A DNA stretch of 64,000 bases from Candidatus Poribacteria bacterium (GCA_965198175.1 OZ240245.1:768001-832000); one strand, 5' to 3'. Positions 29,776 through 39,865 are shown, counted from the first letter of the stretch. Notes: a model not told the origin generated them from the letters alone. Numbers and translations are program-made.

Positions 29776-29809
29776 CAAGCCGTTGCACTTGAGCGGGAGA
29801 TGTTCTTTT

Positions 29810-29922
29810 TGGTCCTGTAGGTAAGGTTGAACGGCATCCACGAAACAGACCAAGCATCCCACTTGGATTGCGGCGGTTGATTCTGACTAAAATCTCCCAA
29901 ATCTAGTGAACCCCAACCTATA
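29810..29922. repeat. Expanded GTAG REP-like element (right of hicAB)
   Basis: TGGTCCTGTAGGTAAGGTTGAACG ... GAACCCCAACCTAT; first 24 nt match 29046 at 22/24. Confidence 0.65.
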
Positions 29923-30018
29923 CCACAGAAATCTATGAATCATTGAGCACCGTTTGTTTTCTCTTGAACGGGAGTCGCATAATCCACACAATCCCCATAG
30001 ATAAGGAGACAAAATCCG

Positions 30019-30303
30019 ATGGCGAAGATGAAGTGTCCCCGGTGTGGTTCCGAGGAAATCATGCACAACTTGAGGATTCGAGATCGCACCGACACGGTAG
30101 GACCTGCAGAAGACTTAGAACTTGAAGTACAGGGTAACCCTGATGCCCTGATTTTCAAGCAAGCCCGCAAAGCGAAACTGAGAGCGACGGTTTGCGGCGG
30201 ATGTGGTAACGTCGGACTTTCCGTAGACAACCCAAAAGCATTATGGGCAACCTACGCCCACCAAAGGAATTCCCAAAAGGCACTCCATAAACGCTCTTCG
30301 TAG
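30019..30303 (+). CDS. Small zinc-ribbon protein
   Basis: CPRC and CGGC pairs; AAGGAG RBS. Confidence 0.7.
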   Translation: MAKMKCPRCGSEEIMHNLRIRDRTDTVGPAEDLELEVQGNPDALIFKQARKAKLRATVCGGCGNVGLSVDNPKALWATYAHQRNSQKALHKRSS

Positions 30304-30444
30304 GTACGCTTTGATGAAGTGCAAAAATTTGATTGGGTAATTTCCAAGTACCTCTACATAATAGCAACTTCTTCATACCTAACTTGTGCTGCTAACCATC
30401 GGGTGTTTCTCGCCAAACATCCCTTCGAAGTAGAGCGAGTGCAC

Positions 30445-30469
30445 GTAGGAGGGAATTCCGATTCCCGAC
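30445..30469. repeat. GTAG REP-like hairpin
   Basis: GTAGGAGGGAATTCCGATTCCCGAC: GTAG followed by a GGGAAT/ATTCCC stem. Confidence 0.55.
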
Positions 30470-30695
30470 AACCCCCTCCGTCCTTCAGGAAGCTATGAAT
30501 TTTCACAGTAACCTAGTCACACCATTGTGCGTGTGAGCACATCAATGATCCGTCCTAGACTGTATTTGCGCCCTTTTTTGCGTCACAAAAATGGTCACAC
30601 GGTTTTCGAATTACTGTGAAAAACTGTGAAATTCCCAATTGTCTCCGAATAAAATTTACCATTTACAATTTGCACTTCCCGTGTCCTGTATCACC

Positions 30696-31568
30696 TCAAG
30701 GAATCACCTTGTTCAGTGGATACTCGATTATGCCTTCCGCGCCAATCCGTCTTAGACCTGGAATCAAATCTCGCACCACATGCTCATCAATAATTGTCTC
30801 GACAGCGTACCACCCTTCGTCACTGAGTGAAGAAATTGTCGGATTTTTCATCGCCGGCAGGATTGCCAGCAACGAGTTGAGATTCTCTTGACTAATATTC
30901 ATCTTCAAGCCAACCTTCTGCTCCGCTGTCAACGCACCCGAAAGTAGCATATACAGGTTCTTCGTCTTAGTCTGCTTCCATTCGTCTTGCCAACTCGCTT
31001 TATTCGAAATCAGCGTCGTAACAGATTCCATCACTACATCAATTATTTTCAATCGATTCGCACGGAGTGAACTTCCTGTTTCCGTGATTTCCACAATCGC
31101 ATCGCACAAGTGGGGAATCTTTACTTCCGTCGCACCGTGTGAGAATTTGACTGTTGCACTGACACCGTTTTGCGCAAAATAGGTTTTTGTCGCCTCGACC
31201 AATTCGGTGAAAACGACCTTGCCTTCAAGGTCGGCGACCATTCCAATGGGAGATTCTTCACTGACAGCCAAAACCCATCGCGCGGGTTGGTTTGTCTGTT
31301 TGCTGTAGGTGAGCGACGCAATCTCTAGAACGTCCGCTTTGCATTCACGTACCCAATCACGTCCAGCCAGCCCCACATCAATCACACCGCGTTCGACGTA
31401 AAGCGCCATCTCCTGAGGACGAAGGAGCATGACCTCAATCTCGTCGTCATCGATCTGTGGATAGTAAGATCTACTGCTGACTGTGATATTGTATCCCGCT
31501 TTTTTGAACAGGTTGATGGTGGATTCCTGGAGCGAACCCTTGGGAATCCCCAGCTTAAGTGTATCCAT
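30696..31568 (-). CDS. hisG: ATP phosphoribosyltransferase (long form)
   Basis: GIPKGSL, LRPQEM, GATEVK, ETGSSLRAN, C-terminal regulatory domain. Confidence 0.95.
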   Translation of the reverse strand: MDTLKLGIPKGSLQESTINLFKKAGYNITVSSRSYYPQIDDDEIEVMLLRPQEMALYVERGVIDVGLAGRDWVRECKADVLEIASLTYSKQTNQPARWVLAVSEESPIGMVADLEGKVVFTELVEATKTYFAQNGVSATVKFSHGATEVKIPHLCDAIVEITETGSSLRANRLKIIDVVMESVTTLISNKASWQDEWKQTKTKNLYMLLSGALTAEQKVGLKMNISQENLNSLLAILPAMKNPTISSLSDEGWYAVETIIDEHVVRDLIPGLRRIGAEGIIEYPLNKVIP

Positions 31569-31762
31569 TGGCTTCTACTTAACCCCTCTCTCTGACCGTG
31601 CGTCCATCAAGATTGGAATTCAGCTATCAGACAGTATCAAAATTGGTTCTTGGGAAAGGATCGTCAACGTTCAGAACCGACCGTGTTAAAGGCACGGAAC
31701 GCCTTGTTTAAGTGATGGGATTATAATCCAAAGCGCTTCGTTCTATAAAAGCCGAATAGGTG

Positions 31763-33238
31763 TCATTTTACAGTAACGTACCACACCTGTTCACCGCGTT
31801 TTACACGCAACAAGACGGGCTCTTTGTCCGATCGCACAGCCGCTTCGAAAGCGCCGACGTTTTGAATGGGCTGGTTCTCAACTTCAAGGATAAGATCTCC
31901 CTTTCGTAGTTTCTCTTCGGCGTTGCCAGCTTCGGCGGCTGGACTGCCCGGCTCCACACCAGCGATTAAAACCCCCTCATGAGGCTCGTAGCCGAACGCA
32001 TCCGCAAGCGATTCGGTCAAGGTTTGCAGACTCAGTCCTTTCCAACCAGTTTGACTCTTGCCATGGTGCTTAAAAGAATCACGAACTGCTGCATCCGTGC
32101 GTTCGCCAAGCGTCACAGGAATATCGAGTTTTTCGCCCTCGCGCATCACAGTGACGGATACCTTGGAATGCGGCTTAGCCATTGCGATCACGTGTCGCAG
32201 ATGTTTCACATTCATAATTGCCTCATCATCCACTGCGACAATTACATCTTTCCTTTTTAAGCCCGCTTTTGCGGCAGGCGAATCTTCAAGGATACGTCCT
32301 ATAATCGCTCCCCTTGGGGTCTCCAGGTCAAGTTCCTCCGCCATTTCCGAATTAACGCCATGAATCTGAACACCGAGCCAGCCGCGTTTCACTTTCCCGT
32401 GTTCAATGAGTTCCGTGGCGATGCGCCTAACGGTGCGGATTGGGATAGCGAACGCGCCGTCGGGCGAGGGAGCGAAACTCATTCCGATGACCTCGCCGCT
32501 CGCGTTTACGACTGCGCCGCCCCCCGAACGGGAGCGAAGATTAGTGCTGATTTCGATTAAGTTGTCATATTCGACGGTGGGTAGTTGGCGTCCAGTACCA
32601 CTAATGACGCCAAGGGCTACGGAAAGTTCGCCTGCCCTGCTGTGCCCGAGATTGAGCGCTAATTCACCAATCGCAACCTGCTCAGAATCACCAATCATCG
32701 CATTCGGGATGGCATCGCTATTGATTTTGATTACCGCAATGCCCGTTCCTTTGTCTGCTCCAATCAGTTCGGCTTCAAAGCGCGTACTATTCTCAAGCGT
32801 GACGGTAATTTCATTGGAATTGTCGACCAGTTGGACTACAGTGGCGATGTGGCCTTCATCATCAAGCAAAATGCCAGAACCAAAACCGCCGGAATCGGGT
32901 AAATTCTGCGGGAAATGTGGTCCCGGTAGAGGGTGAAACTCCCGGTTTCCACTTTCCCAATTAGGATCGTGGAAAAAGTATCTATACTTGCCATCCCGCT
33001 GAGGAATTTCGTACGGAGTCCAGGATCGCTCTTGCTGCCTGACACGCTTTTCCGATGGCTCCGCTTCAATCGCAACCACCATTTTGCCAGCCTCACCCGC
33101 AATCTCTGCGAATGCTTCGCTGAGTTCTTGGAGCGCTTGTCGTTTATCTGCGGCTGGCGCTGCGGCGGGATGGAACATGTTAAAGGCGAACGCCAAGGCA
33201 ACTGCGATACAGAACGTTTCACGAACATGATATTTCAT
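31763..33238 (-). CDS. Secreted DegP/DegQ-like HtrA homologue with two PDZ domains; catalytic triad lost
   Basis: Signal peptide, GSG, GKVKRGWLGV, two PDZ domains; His site TVVQLV, Asp site TGIAV, Ser site RSGGGAV. Confidence 0.85.
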   Translation of the reverse strand: MKYHVRETFCIAVALAFAFNMFHPAAAPAADKRQALQELSEAFAEIAGEAGKMVVAIEAEPSEKRVRQQERSWTPYEIPQRDGKYRYFFHDPNWESGNREFHPLPGPHFPQNLPDSGGFGSGILLDDEGHIATVVQLVDNSNEITVTLENSTRFEAELIGADKGTGIAVIKINSDAIPNAMIGDSEQVAIGELALNLGHSRAGELSVALGVISGTGRQLPTVEYDNLIEISTNLRSRSGGGAVVNASGEVIGMSFAPSPDGAFAIPIRTVRRIATELIEHGKVKRGWLGVQIHGVNSEMAEELDLETPRGAIIGRILEDSPAAKAGLKRKDVIVAVDDEAIMNVKHLRHVIAMAKPHSKVSVTVMREGEKLDIPVTLGERTDAAVRDSFKHHGKSQTGWKGLSLQTLTESLADAFGYEPHEGVLIAGVEPGSPAAEAGNAEEKLRKGDLILEVENQPIQNVGAFEAAVRSDKEPVLLRVKRGEQVWYVTVK

Positions 33239-33271
33239 TTTCTGTTACCTCCTTATCTGTTTGGGAGGTAG

Positions 33272-33297
33272 CACACGCTAAAATATAGTTTGTTCCA
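33272..33297 (-). promoter_or_regulatory. Putative ECF sigma promoter
   Basis: TGGAAC-N16-TGTG upstream of the AAGGAGG RBS; resembles the element upstream of the ECF sigma gene. Confidence 0.4.
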
Positions 33298-33554
33298 TGA
33301 AATGGGATTCGCCGCTTGGACAGTTGCGGATTAACTGAAAGTAGCACCAATTTTATTGCCACACTGATGCTTTGAAAGAGGCAGGGTAATCCCCCGTAGA
33401 TACGTCACATGAGACATGCAGTGGCATTAAAGACAAAGGGTATTTGCCAACCAATCAAACACCACGCGGTCCCGGGAAGATAATTATCTTCTCCCTGTTT
33501 AAGTCGAGACTAGGCGGGACAGGCAACTGTCAGCCCTGATGACTTGGAACCGTT

Positions 33555-34760
33555 TTAGTAGCGATGCATGGTTCCATCCGCCCGCCTTACAATCGGCATG
33601 TAGGAAGGTCGATAGGGGAACTGTTTCGCCAGTTCTTCGCTGAAGTCAATTCCAAGTCCCGGTGCATCGCTTGGGTGCGCATAACCGTCCTGTAGTTTAC
33701 AGGGAGTCGGAAACATCTCGCACAGCGTCTCGTTGCTGCCGAAGTCTGTCCACTCTTGGACGCCGAAGTTGGGAATGACCATTTGTAGATGCACCGCCGC
33801 CGCCTGTGAAATCGGTCCCAAATCCGCTGCGCCGTGAAACGCCGACTTAACGCTGAACGGTTCAGCAAGCACCATAATTTTGCGCGCCTCTGTGATACCG
33901 CCGACGTGCAGGGGAGCAATGCGGATGTAGTCAATCAACCGCTCTTGAAACAGCAACATGCACTCGTCCCGATTAGTGAACAACTCACCGATAGCGAGGT
34001 GCGTGGTACAGGATTGCCGAATTTGCCGCAACCCTTCGCGTTCCTCTGGCATCACCGGATCTTCAAGGAAAAAGAGTCGGTACGGCTCCAGTCGTTTTGC
34101 CAACCACGCGGCTTCCGTTGGTGTTAACTGCTCATGTACATCGTGACACAACTCAACTTCCATACCGAGTGCGTTACGTAGCTGCTCAAACATTCGTGGT
34201 GTTTCAAGGAGGTAACCCGCCGGTTCAAAGATTGCTGTGCCGGGTACACCGTCACGTATGGGTGGTTCATAATCGAGGCGACCGCTCCCGCCGTAGTCAC
34301 CGCTCTGGCAGCGGACAATTTTAAAGCCGCGTTCCAAGAATGAACGAACGCTATCTTCTATCTCTTTTGCGTCTCGCCCGCCTGCATGTCCATAAACCTT
34401 CACGCCCTTCCGTGACGCACCGCCCAACAATTGGTAAACGGGCAGGTTGGCAATCTTTCCCTTAATGTCCCACAGGGCAAAGTCAATTGCAGACAGCGCC
34501 GCTTTAAACACCGGCCCTGCCCGCCAGTAACCGCTGCGGTAAATCAAGTGCCATAAATCTTCGATGTTCTGTGGGTCCTGACCGATGAGCAACTCCTTGA
34601 TGTGTTCGAGATACCGAGCGACAACAATTTCGCTTCCGTTGAGCGACCCCTCGCCCACTCCATAAACCCCTTCATCGGTAAAGACTTTGATGACAACGTA
34701 ATTCAGTCCTGCCGGACGGGTGACGAAAACACGCACGTCAGTAATTTTCATATTAGTCAC
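33555..34760 (-). CDS. Enolase-superfamily sugar-acid dehydratase (RspA/ManD-like)
   Basis: GYWRAGPV, ALWDIKGK, CHDVHE, FFLEDP, AIGE, FHG, NFGVQE. Confidence 0.88.
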   Translation of the reverse strand: MTNMKITDVRVFVTRPAGLNYVVIKVFTDEGVYGVGEGSLNGSEIVVARYLEHIKELLIGQDPQNIEDLWHLIYRSGYWRAGPVFKAALSAIDFALWDIKGKIANLPVYQLLGGASRKGVKVYGHAGGRDAKEIEDSVRSFLERGFKIVRCQSGDYGGSGRLDYEPPIRDGVPGTAIFEPAGYLLETPRMFEQLRNALGMEVELCHDVHEQLTPTEAAWLAKRLEPYRLFFLEDPVMPEEREGLRQIRQSCTTHLAIGELFTNRDECMLLFQERLIDYIRIAPLHVGGITEARKIMVLAEPFSVKSAFHGAADLGPISQAAAVHLQMVIPNFGVQEWTDFGSNETLCEMFPTPCKLQDGYAHPSDAPGLGIDFSEELAKQFPYRPSYMPIVRRADGTMHRY

Positions 34761-34961
34761 GCCTCTCTGAAAATGTGGGATGGTTCAATTTTCTGACAAG
34801 TCTGATAAGGTTGAAATGGACAATCCTATCTGAAGAATCACTTTCAAGTTGTAAATGAAGTAGAATTCTGCTATAGTTCTGACATTACTCAACAAATCTC
34901 ATAACTCATACTAACTTACAATTGGTAAGGTAGTTAAAGCTGCATTTTTTAGGAGGATTTC

Positions 34962-35387
34962 ATGTCTAAGTTTACGGTCTACAAAGGATACGAGGAAGAC
35001 GCACCACCCCCCAAGATTCCCAAGCCCGATGTGTCACCGGACCCTATGATTGTAACCGTTCAAGAGGGAATCCCAATTCAATTCCCGCCCTGCGAGGGCG
35101 CTGCTGTCCGCGTTCTACATCCCACCAATCCCAACGCGCCGTCGCAGAATTTCGGCATCACCCAACTCTACATGCCGCCGCATTCCGTACTCGCGGCGGG
35201 TTCGCACGAACCCGAGGAAGCCTACGTCATTCTCCAAGGCAAAGGTGAGATGACTTTTGCCCACTACACCCGTGAGGTCAAAGCGGGCGATTTCATTTAC
35301 TTACCGCCCTGGTGCGTACACGGTCTTGAGAACACCGGAACTGAGATGTTAATCGTCCTAGTCTGTACGTCGCCAACGAATCCGTAA
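34962..35387 (+). CDS. Cupin domain protein
   Basis: SHEPEEAYVILQG and PPWCVHG cupin motifs; AGGAGG RBS. Confidence 0.85.
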   Translation: MSKFTVYKGYEEDAPPPKIPKPDVSPDPMIVTVQEGIPIQFPPCEGAAVRVLHPTNPNAPSQNFGITQLYMPPHSVLAAGSHEPEEAYVILQGKGEMTFAHYTREVKAGDFIYLPPWCVHGLENTGTEMLIVLVCTSPTNP

Positions 35388-35459
35388 CAATCAACCCACT
35401 GAATAGGATCAAGCGACCAGGGAGCGCGATAGTTTTAACAGCCAGCTGTGTTTTAACAA

Positions 35460-35493
35460 GCGATAGTCTTAACCTTATTCGAAAGACTATCGC
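35460..35493. terminator. Hairpin between convergent cupin and tsaB genes
   Basis: GCGATAGTCTT-N12-AAGACTATCGC. Confidence 0.5.
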
Positions 35494-35502
35494 CCTCCTT
35501 AT

Positions 35503-36168
35503 TCAGTCGCTTGATCCCGCCCTAACATAATTGGGTGTCAATGAGAAATAATCGTCTGACTGCCCATTTAATATACGTTCGTAGCCAAGTCGAGCGATAT
35601 TCGATCCCCGTGGGACGTGGAAGGTTGCCGCTGCAAAAATCACATTTTTCCCAAATCGACTGTGGATGGTGCTTGCATACCTCCTCAACCCGTCTCCGAC
35701 AAACACGGCTGGCTCACTGACGCAATCCAAAAAGGCTTCAATCGAAACACATAGATCTTCAGATTTTCGCTCCATCCTTTCGCCGCCGTGAAAAATTGCG
35801 CCATATATTTCATTTCGACGGGCATCAAGAATGGGGCAAATCAGCGCGTTTGTGTAACGCAGGTTGTCAGCAATCGCCGCTAGTGTGGAAACACCGATGA
35901 TCGGTTTTCTGATTGCATAGCAGAGCGCTTTGACAGCGCCAACACCAATTCGAACGCCTGTAAATGAACCGGGACCCACTCCCACAGCGCACGCATCAAG
36001 CTCATGAATGGTCAGGTTTGCCCAGTTTAAGATCTGATCGATTGCTGGAATCAAGCGCGATGAGTGGGTCTTTTCGATATTTAAGCTGTGCTCCCCTATG
36101 AAGTTTTCACCGTCGATTAAACCAACGCTGCCGATGGGAGTTGAAGTATCAACACCAAGAATTTTCAT
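35503..36168 (-). CDS. tsaB: tRNA t6A biosynthesis protein TsaB
   Basis: ILGVDTST, HSSRL, GPGSFTGVRIG, DARRNEIY, PNYVR. Confidence 0.93.
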   Translation of the reverse strand: MKILGVDTSTPIGSVGLIDGENFIGEHSLNIEKTHSSRLIPAIDQILNWANLTIHELDACAVGVGPGSFTGVRIGVGAVKALCYAIRKPIIGVSTLAAIADNLRYTNALICPILDARRNEIYGAIFHGGERMERKSEDLCVSIEAFLDCVSEPAVFVGDGLRRYASTIHSRFGKNVIFAAATFHVPRGSNIARLGYERILNGQSDDYFSLTPNYVRAGSSD

Positions 36169-36225
36169 ATTCGGTTTGATTAGAAACTACCATTCCGTCA
36201 TGGATTTGTTCTGTTATAAGGTGCA

Positions 36226-37359
36226 TTAATCCACAATCGATTGACGATTCTTCTCTTCAATTAATCGCTCAATGACCCGCCGCATGCCTTCTTTGAATTT
36301 CTGACGATTAAATTTCTCCGCATGTTGTACGATACGCTGCGATGAAAACTTAGCTTCTATAGGCTCATAACGCTCTACAGCTTCAACAAGCGCTTCCGGC
36401 GTCTGTTCATCAAAGAAAAGTCCCGTTACCCCATCCACTACCGTTTCCAGGGCTCCGCCCCCTTTAAAAGCAATGACGGGGCGTCCTGATGCCATAGCTT
36501 CTACAGGAACAATGCCGAAATCTTCTTCACCGGGAAAGATTAGCGCGCGACAACGCGCATAGTGCTCCCGGAGGACTGAGAAGGGTTGTCGTCCTAAAAA
36601 GGTTATGTTGGGGGCAGCCGCTTTTCTCAGCCTTTCCAATTGCCCACCGTGACCGATGATAATCAGTCGCTTCCCCAACCTGTTAAATGCCTCTACTGCT
36701 AGGTCTACTCGCTTATAAGGAACGAGTTCGCCGACCATTAAGTAGAAGTCGCCCCGTATATTAGACGGCGCAAATGCGTCAGTATCCACGGGAGGTGGAA
36801 TGACTTCAGATTCGCGGCGGTAATACCTCATAACTCGCCTTGCAACGTAGGCGGAATTCGTGATAAATCGATCGACCCGCGAAGCTGAAGTCAAATCCCA
36901 CATACGCAAGTAATGAATGACGGGCGGCATTAAAATGCGCTTCAGCCAGCCAGCCGTTTCTTGATAGTCGTGATACATGGGCCACACATAGCGCATTGGC
37001 GTATGGCAGTAGCACACATGCAAAGTCTCCGGCGGAATCACAACCCCTTTGGCTGGACCCGACTCGCTGCTTATCACTAGATCATAGTTCTTCAGATTCA
37101 GTTGTTCAAGCGCGATCGGCATCAAAGGCAAATAACTCTGATAATGGCGAATCGCCCCGGGCAGTTTATGAATAAAGGTAGTGTGGATTCGATGCTTGTT
37201 AATTGTCTCAGAAATAGCGGATGGGTTGTATACATGGGTGAAGACAGCCGCGTCAGGAAAGAGCTCACAGAGCGCTTCCACTACCTTTTCTCCGCCGCGC
37301 ATACTAACCAGCCAGTAATGGACAATTGCAACCTTCAATACCCAATACCCCTGTTTCAA
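36226..37359 (-). CDS. Glycosyltransferase family 4
   Basis: HYWLVSMRGGEKV, YCHTPMRY, EDFGIVPVEAMASG. Confidence 0.92.
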   Translation of the reverse strand: MKQGYWVLKVAIVHYWLVSMRGGEKVVEALCELFPDAAVFTHVYNPSAISETINKHRIHTTFIHKLPGAIRHYQSYLPLMPIALEQLNLKNYDLVISSESGPAKGVVIPPETLHVCYCHTPMRYVWPMYHDYQETAGWLKRILMPPVIHYLRMWDLTSASRVDRFITNSAYVARRVMRYYRRESEVIPPPVDTDAFAPSNIRGDFYLMVGELVPYKRVDLAVEAFNRLGKRLIIIGHGGQLERLRKAAAPNITFLGRQPFSVLREHYARCRALIFPGEEDFGIVPVEAMASGRPVIAFKGGGALETVVDGVTGLFFDEQTPEALVEAVERYEPIEAKFSSQRIVQHAEKFNRQKFKEGMRRVIERLIEEKNRQSIVD

Positions 37360-37623
37360 AAGAACTCGTAGGACAAGTCTAAATCTATCATCGCCCGCAA
37401 ACAGATTCCAACGTATTCATGTATTAGAGAGCGGAGGACAGGAAGGAAGAGTAGGAATTGACGAAATCAATATGAGTCGTATTGACAATCCTGTCAAATT
37501 ATTTCACGCAGCAAAAGAGATGTCAAGATAAATATGTGTGGGCAGAATGCCCTTGCACGTCGCAATTCCGCATGCTATGATAATACCCAAAATCAGCCGT
37601 GGGAAAGACTTAGGAGAACAGCA

Positions 37624-39471
37624 ATGTCTCAGTTTTGGGATCGAATCGCTTCAGAATACAATGCTGGTGTTTCTCACCAATTTCTGCTCCATTTTAATGT
37701 TGAAGATCTTGTCCGTGATGAAGTATGCGGATATTTGCCGATGTTTCCTTACCTAATGGAGCAACTGAATGCCCTAGGCTGCGATTTTGTCATCGGATAT
37801 ACGCCTTCACAAGGCGTCATTTGGCCCGATGTCAATCAGTGGAAAGTTGTCCAAAAGTGGTTGGGATTGCTTCCCTATGAAGAACAACAAGATGATGGAT
37901 CGCGGGCGCCCATTAACTCAAAGGTCCATCACTGGAAACTGAACGAAGACGCCTTTTTAACAGGCAAACACCCGCCTAGTGACGAGGTGCGGGAAAACCT
38001 TGACGCCCTCCTTCATGAGGGGCGTGCTAAGGTTGGGCTAGTCATCAACTTTGTTGAGAAGATCGTTCCGAATACTGAGTTGACGGCGCTTGATAAGGAA
38101 TCCTCCCTCTTTCTCGATATGTTTCAAGAGTGGGCGGGGGATTTCGATATACGTATGAAAAAAAATGTCGTGCTGCTCATGACGCAAAATCTTGCTGACG
38201 TCCATCCGGCTCTGGTGAAGCAATCCGAAATCCCCACAATCGAAATCCCATTTCCTGACTACAATGAGCGGTTGGAATTCATCAAATATCTCATCAATGT
38301 CCCAATCCCCTCGCCCCCGCCGACCGGCACCCAAATCACCAAGTCGGTCACCCTTGCCCCCGGATTTAGCGTGGAGCAGCTTGCTCGCGATACGTCGGGA
38401 TTGAACCTGTTCGGGATACATGACGTTGCGCTGCGTGCTGAAGAAGCGCAGACGGAAATCACACGTGAGTTGACTGAGAGTTATCGCCGAAATCGCGTTG
38501 AAATCTTCAGCCACGGCATTGTCGAAGTCCGCAACACTTCGACTGATCTGGATGGAGTACACGGGCTGGACCACGTGATTGCTGTCATTCGTGACGTTGC
38601 CGCCGCCATGAGCGAAGGTGACCTTCAGCGCGTGCCACGCGGGTTGCTTTTTCTCGGAACACCCGGCACTGGCAGAGCCATGGCTGCTGAATTGCTCGCA
38701 GGTTATGGCAATATGGCGTTAGTGAGGCTCAGAAATATACGCGAAATCGGTGCAGAATACACCTATCCCAGTGGTCAGGAACACGCTTATAATCGTAGCT
38801 TGAAGCTCGCCATTAACTTTGTTCAGGCCATTGCGCCCGTTGTTGTATTAATTGATTTGGACGAGGCTTGGGCGATTCGAGCGGGTTTGCAGCCTTCTTC
38901 GCAAGACAGCACGTTGCCGATTGAGTTATTGAATGCTATTGATGACCCCTCGCTACACGGTAAAGTGATATGGATTGGAACATCAAATCGCCCCGATCTG
39001 ATGGACACAATCTTCCGTAGAGATGGGCTTTTCGATCACAGATTGGTCTTTCTTCCACCCACACCAGCGGTACGCGCTGATATTATTGAGAAATTTTTCA
39101 GGGATGCCCAGATTGCTGTCCAACACATCGATTTTGGAAAGATTGGTACGGATGGATTTACGGATGGACTTTGCAGTAGCCACCTTTATGTTATCGTGCA
39201 GCGAAGTTACAACATCGCGAAACGTAATAATCGACACACCGTTACTGAGGCGGATCTCATCGAAGCGGCAATTGACTTTGTGCCGGAGTTTTCACCCGAG
39301 ATGAATGAGTTTACTGCACTGCTCGCCCTGCGGGAAGCAAATTCCCGTTCAATGATCCCTGCCGCACTACCCGAAGAATTTCAGGGATTTGTTGCAGGCA
39401 ATCGAATCAATAAGACAGCGATCAATCAGCGTGTGATAGAACTCGCACAACAGCTTGGGTTGGAGCCATAG
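37624..39471 (+). CDS. AAA+ family protein with degenerate Walker motifs
   Basis: RBS AGGAGA; PRGLLFLGTPGTGRA (Walker A lacks K and T/S), VLIDLDE, TSNRPDLMD..RRDGLFD. Confidence 0.8.
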   Translation: MSQFWDRIASEYNAGVSHQFLLHFNVEDLVRDEVCGYLPMFPYLMEQLNALGCDFVIGYTPSQGVIWPDVNQWKVVQKWLGLLPYEEQQDDGSRAPINSKVHHWKLNEDAFLTGKHPPSDEVRENLDALLHEGRAKVGLVINFVEKIVPNTELTALDKESSLFLDMFQEWAGDFDIRMKKNVVLLMTQNLADVHPALVKQSEIPTIEIPFPDYNERLEFIKYLINVPIPSPPPTGTQITKSVTLAPGFSVEQLARDTSGLNLFGIHDVALRAEEAQTEITRELTESYRRNRVEIFSHGIVEVRNTSTDLDGVHGLDHVIAVIRDVAAAMSEGDLQRVPRGLLFLGTPGTGRAMAAELLAGYGNMALVRLRNIREIGAEYTYPSGQEHAYNRSLKLAINFVQAIAPVVVLIDLDEAWAIRAGLQPSSQDSTLPIELLNAIDDPSLHGKVIWIGTSNRPDLMDTIFRRDGLFDHRLVFLPPTPAVRADIIEKFFRDAQIAVQHIDFGKIGTDGFTDGLCSSHLYVIVQRSYNIAKRNNRHTVTEADLIEAAIDFVPEFSPEMNEFTALLALREANSRSMIPAALPEEFQGFVAGNRINKTAINQRVIELAQQLGLEP

Positions 39472-39793
39472 TTGTCTCATGTGAACGATATGTTGTTGGC
39501 GTTGGTTCTCCATACATGCCCGCCCCCAATCAAGATTAAGGCACTTTGAAGGTGAAACGAAAAGGCTGACTAAAATGTCAATTTGACAAATACTGTATCG
39601 GTCAAGAGGATGGTTTACCCACGTTGCTGCTTCTATCGGGGAATGCTCCCCCTCGCTAAGCTTACTATTACCCACATCTCAATGAGAGCGCGGTAGTCTT
39701 CGCTGGTGCTCCTTCCCTATTCGGTCAGTTGATCGCCCCGTCGGAGTGCAAGACATTGTTAGCTATGCGAATGTAATGCGATTAGAAGAGCTT

Positions 39794-39865
39794 CGCTCCA
39801 GCGGAGCGACATGTCTATAGAAACAGCAGTCACGCCCCTCTTCCGCTTCAGCGGAGTGGTATGTT
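39794..39865. repeat. Paired GCTCCAGCGGAGC palindromic repeat, copy 2
   Basis: CGCTCCAGCGGAGCGacATGTcTATAG ... CGCTTCAGCGGAGTGgtATGT. Confidence 0.7.

Noticed and set aside
28900..30500. CRISPR array in the repeat-rich region
   Set aside because: The repeats are palindromic, irregularly spaced and non-identical, and no cas genes are present.
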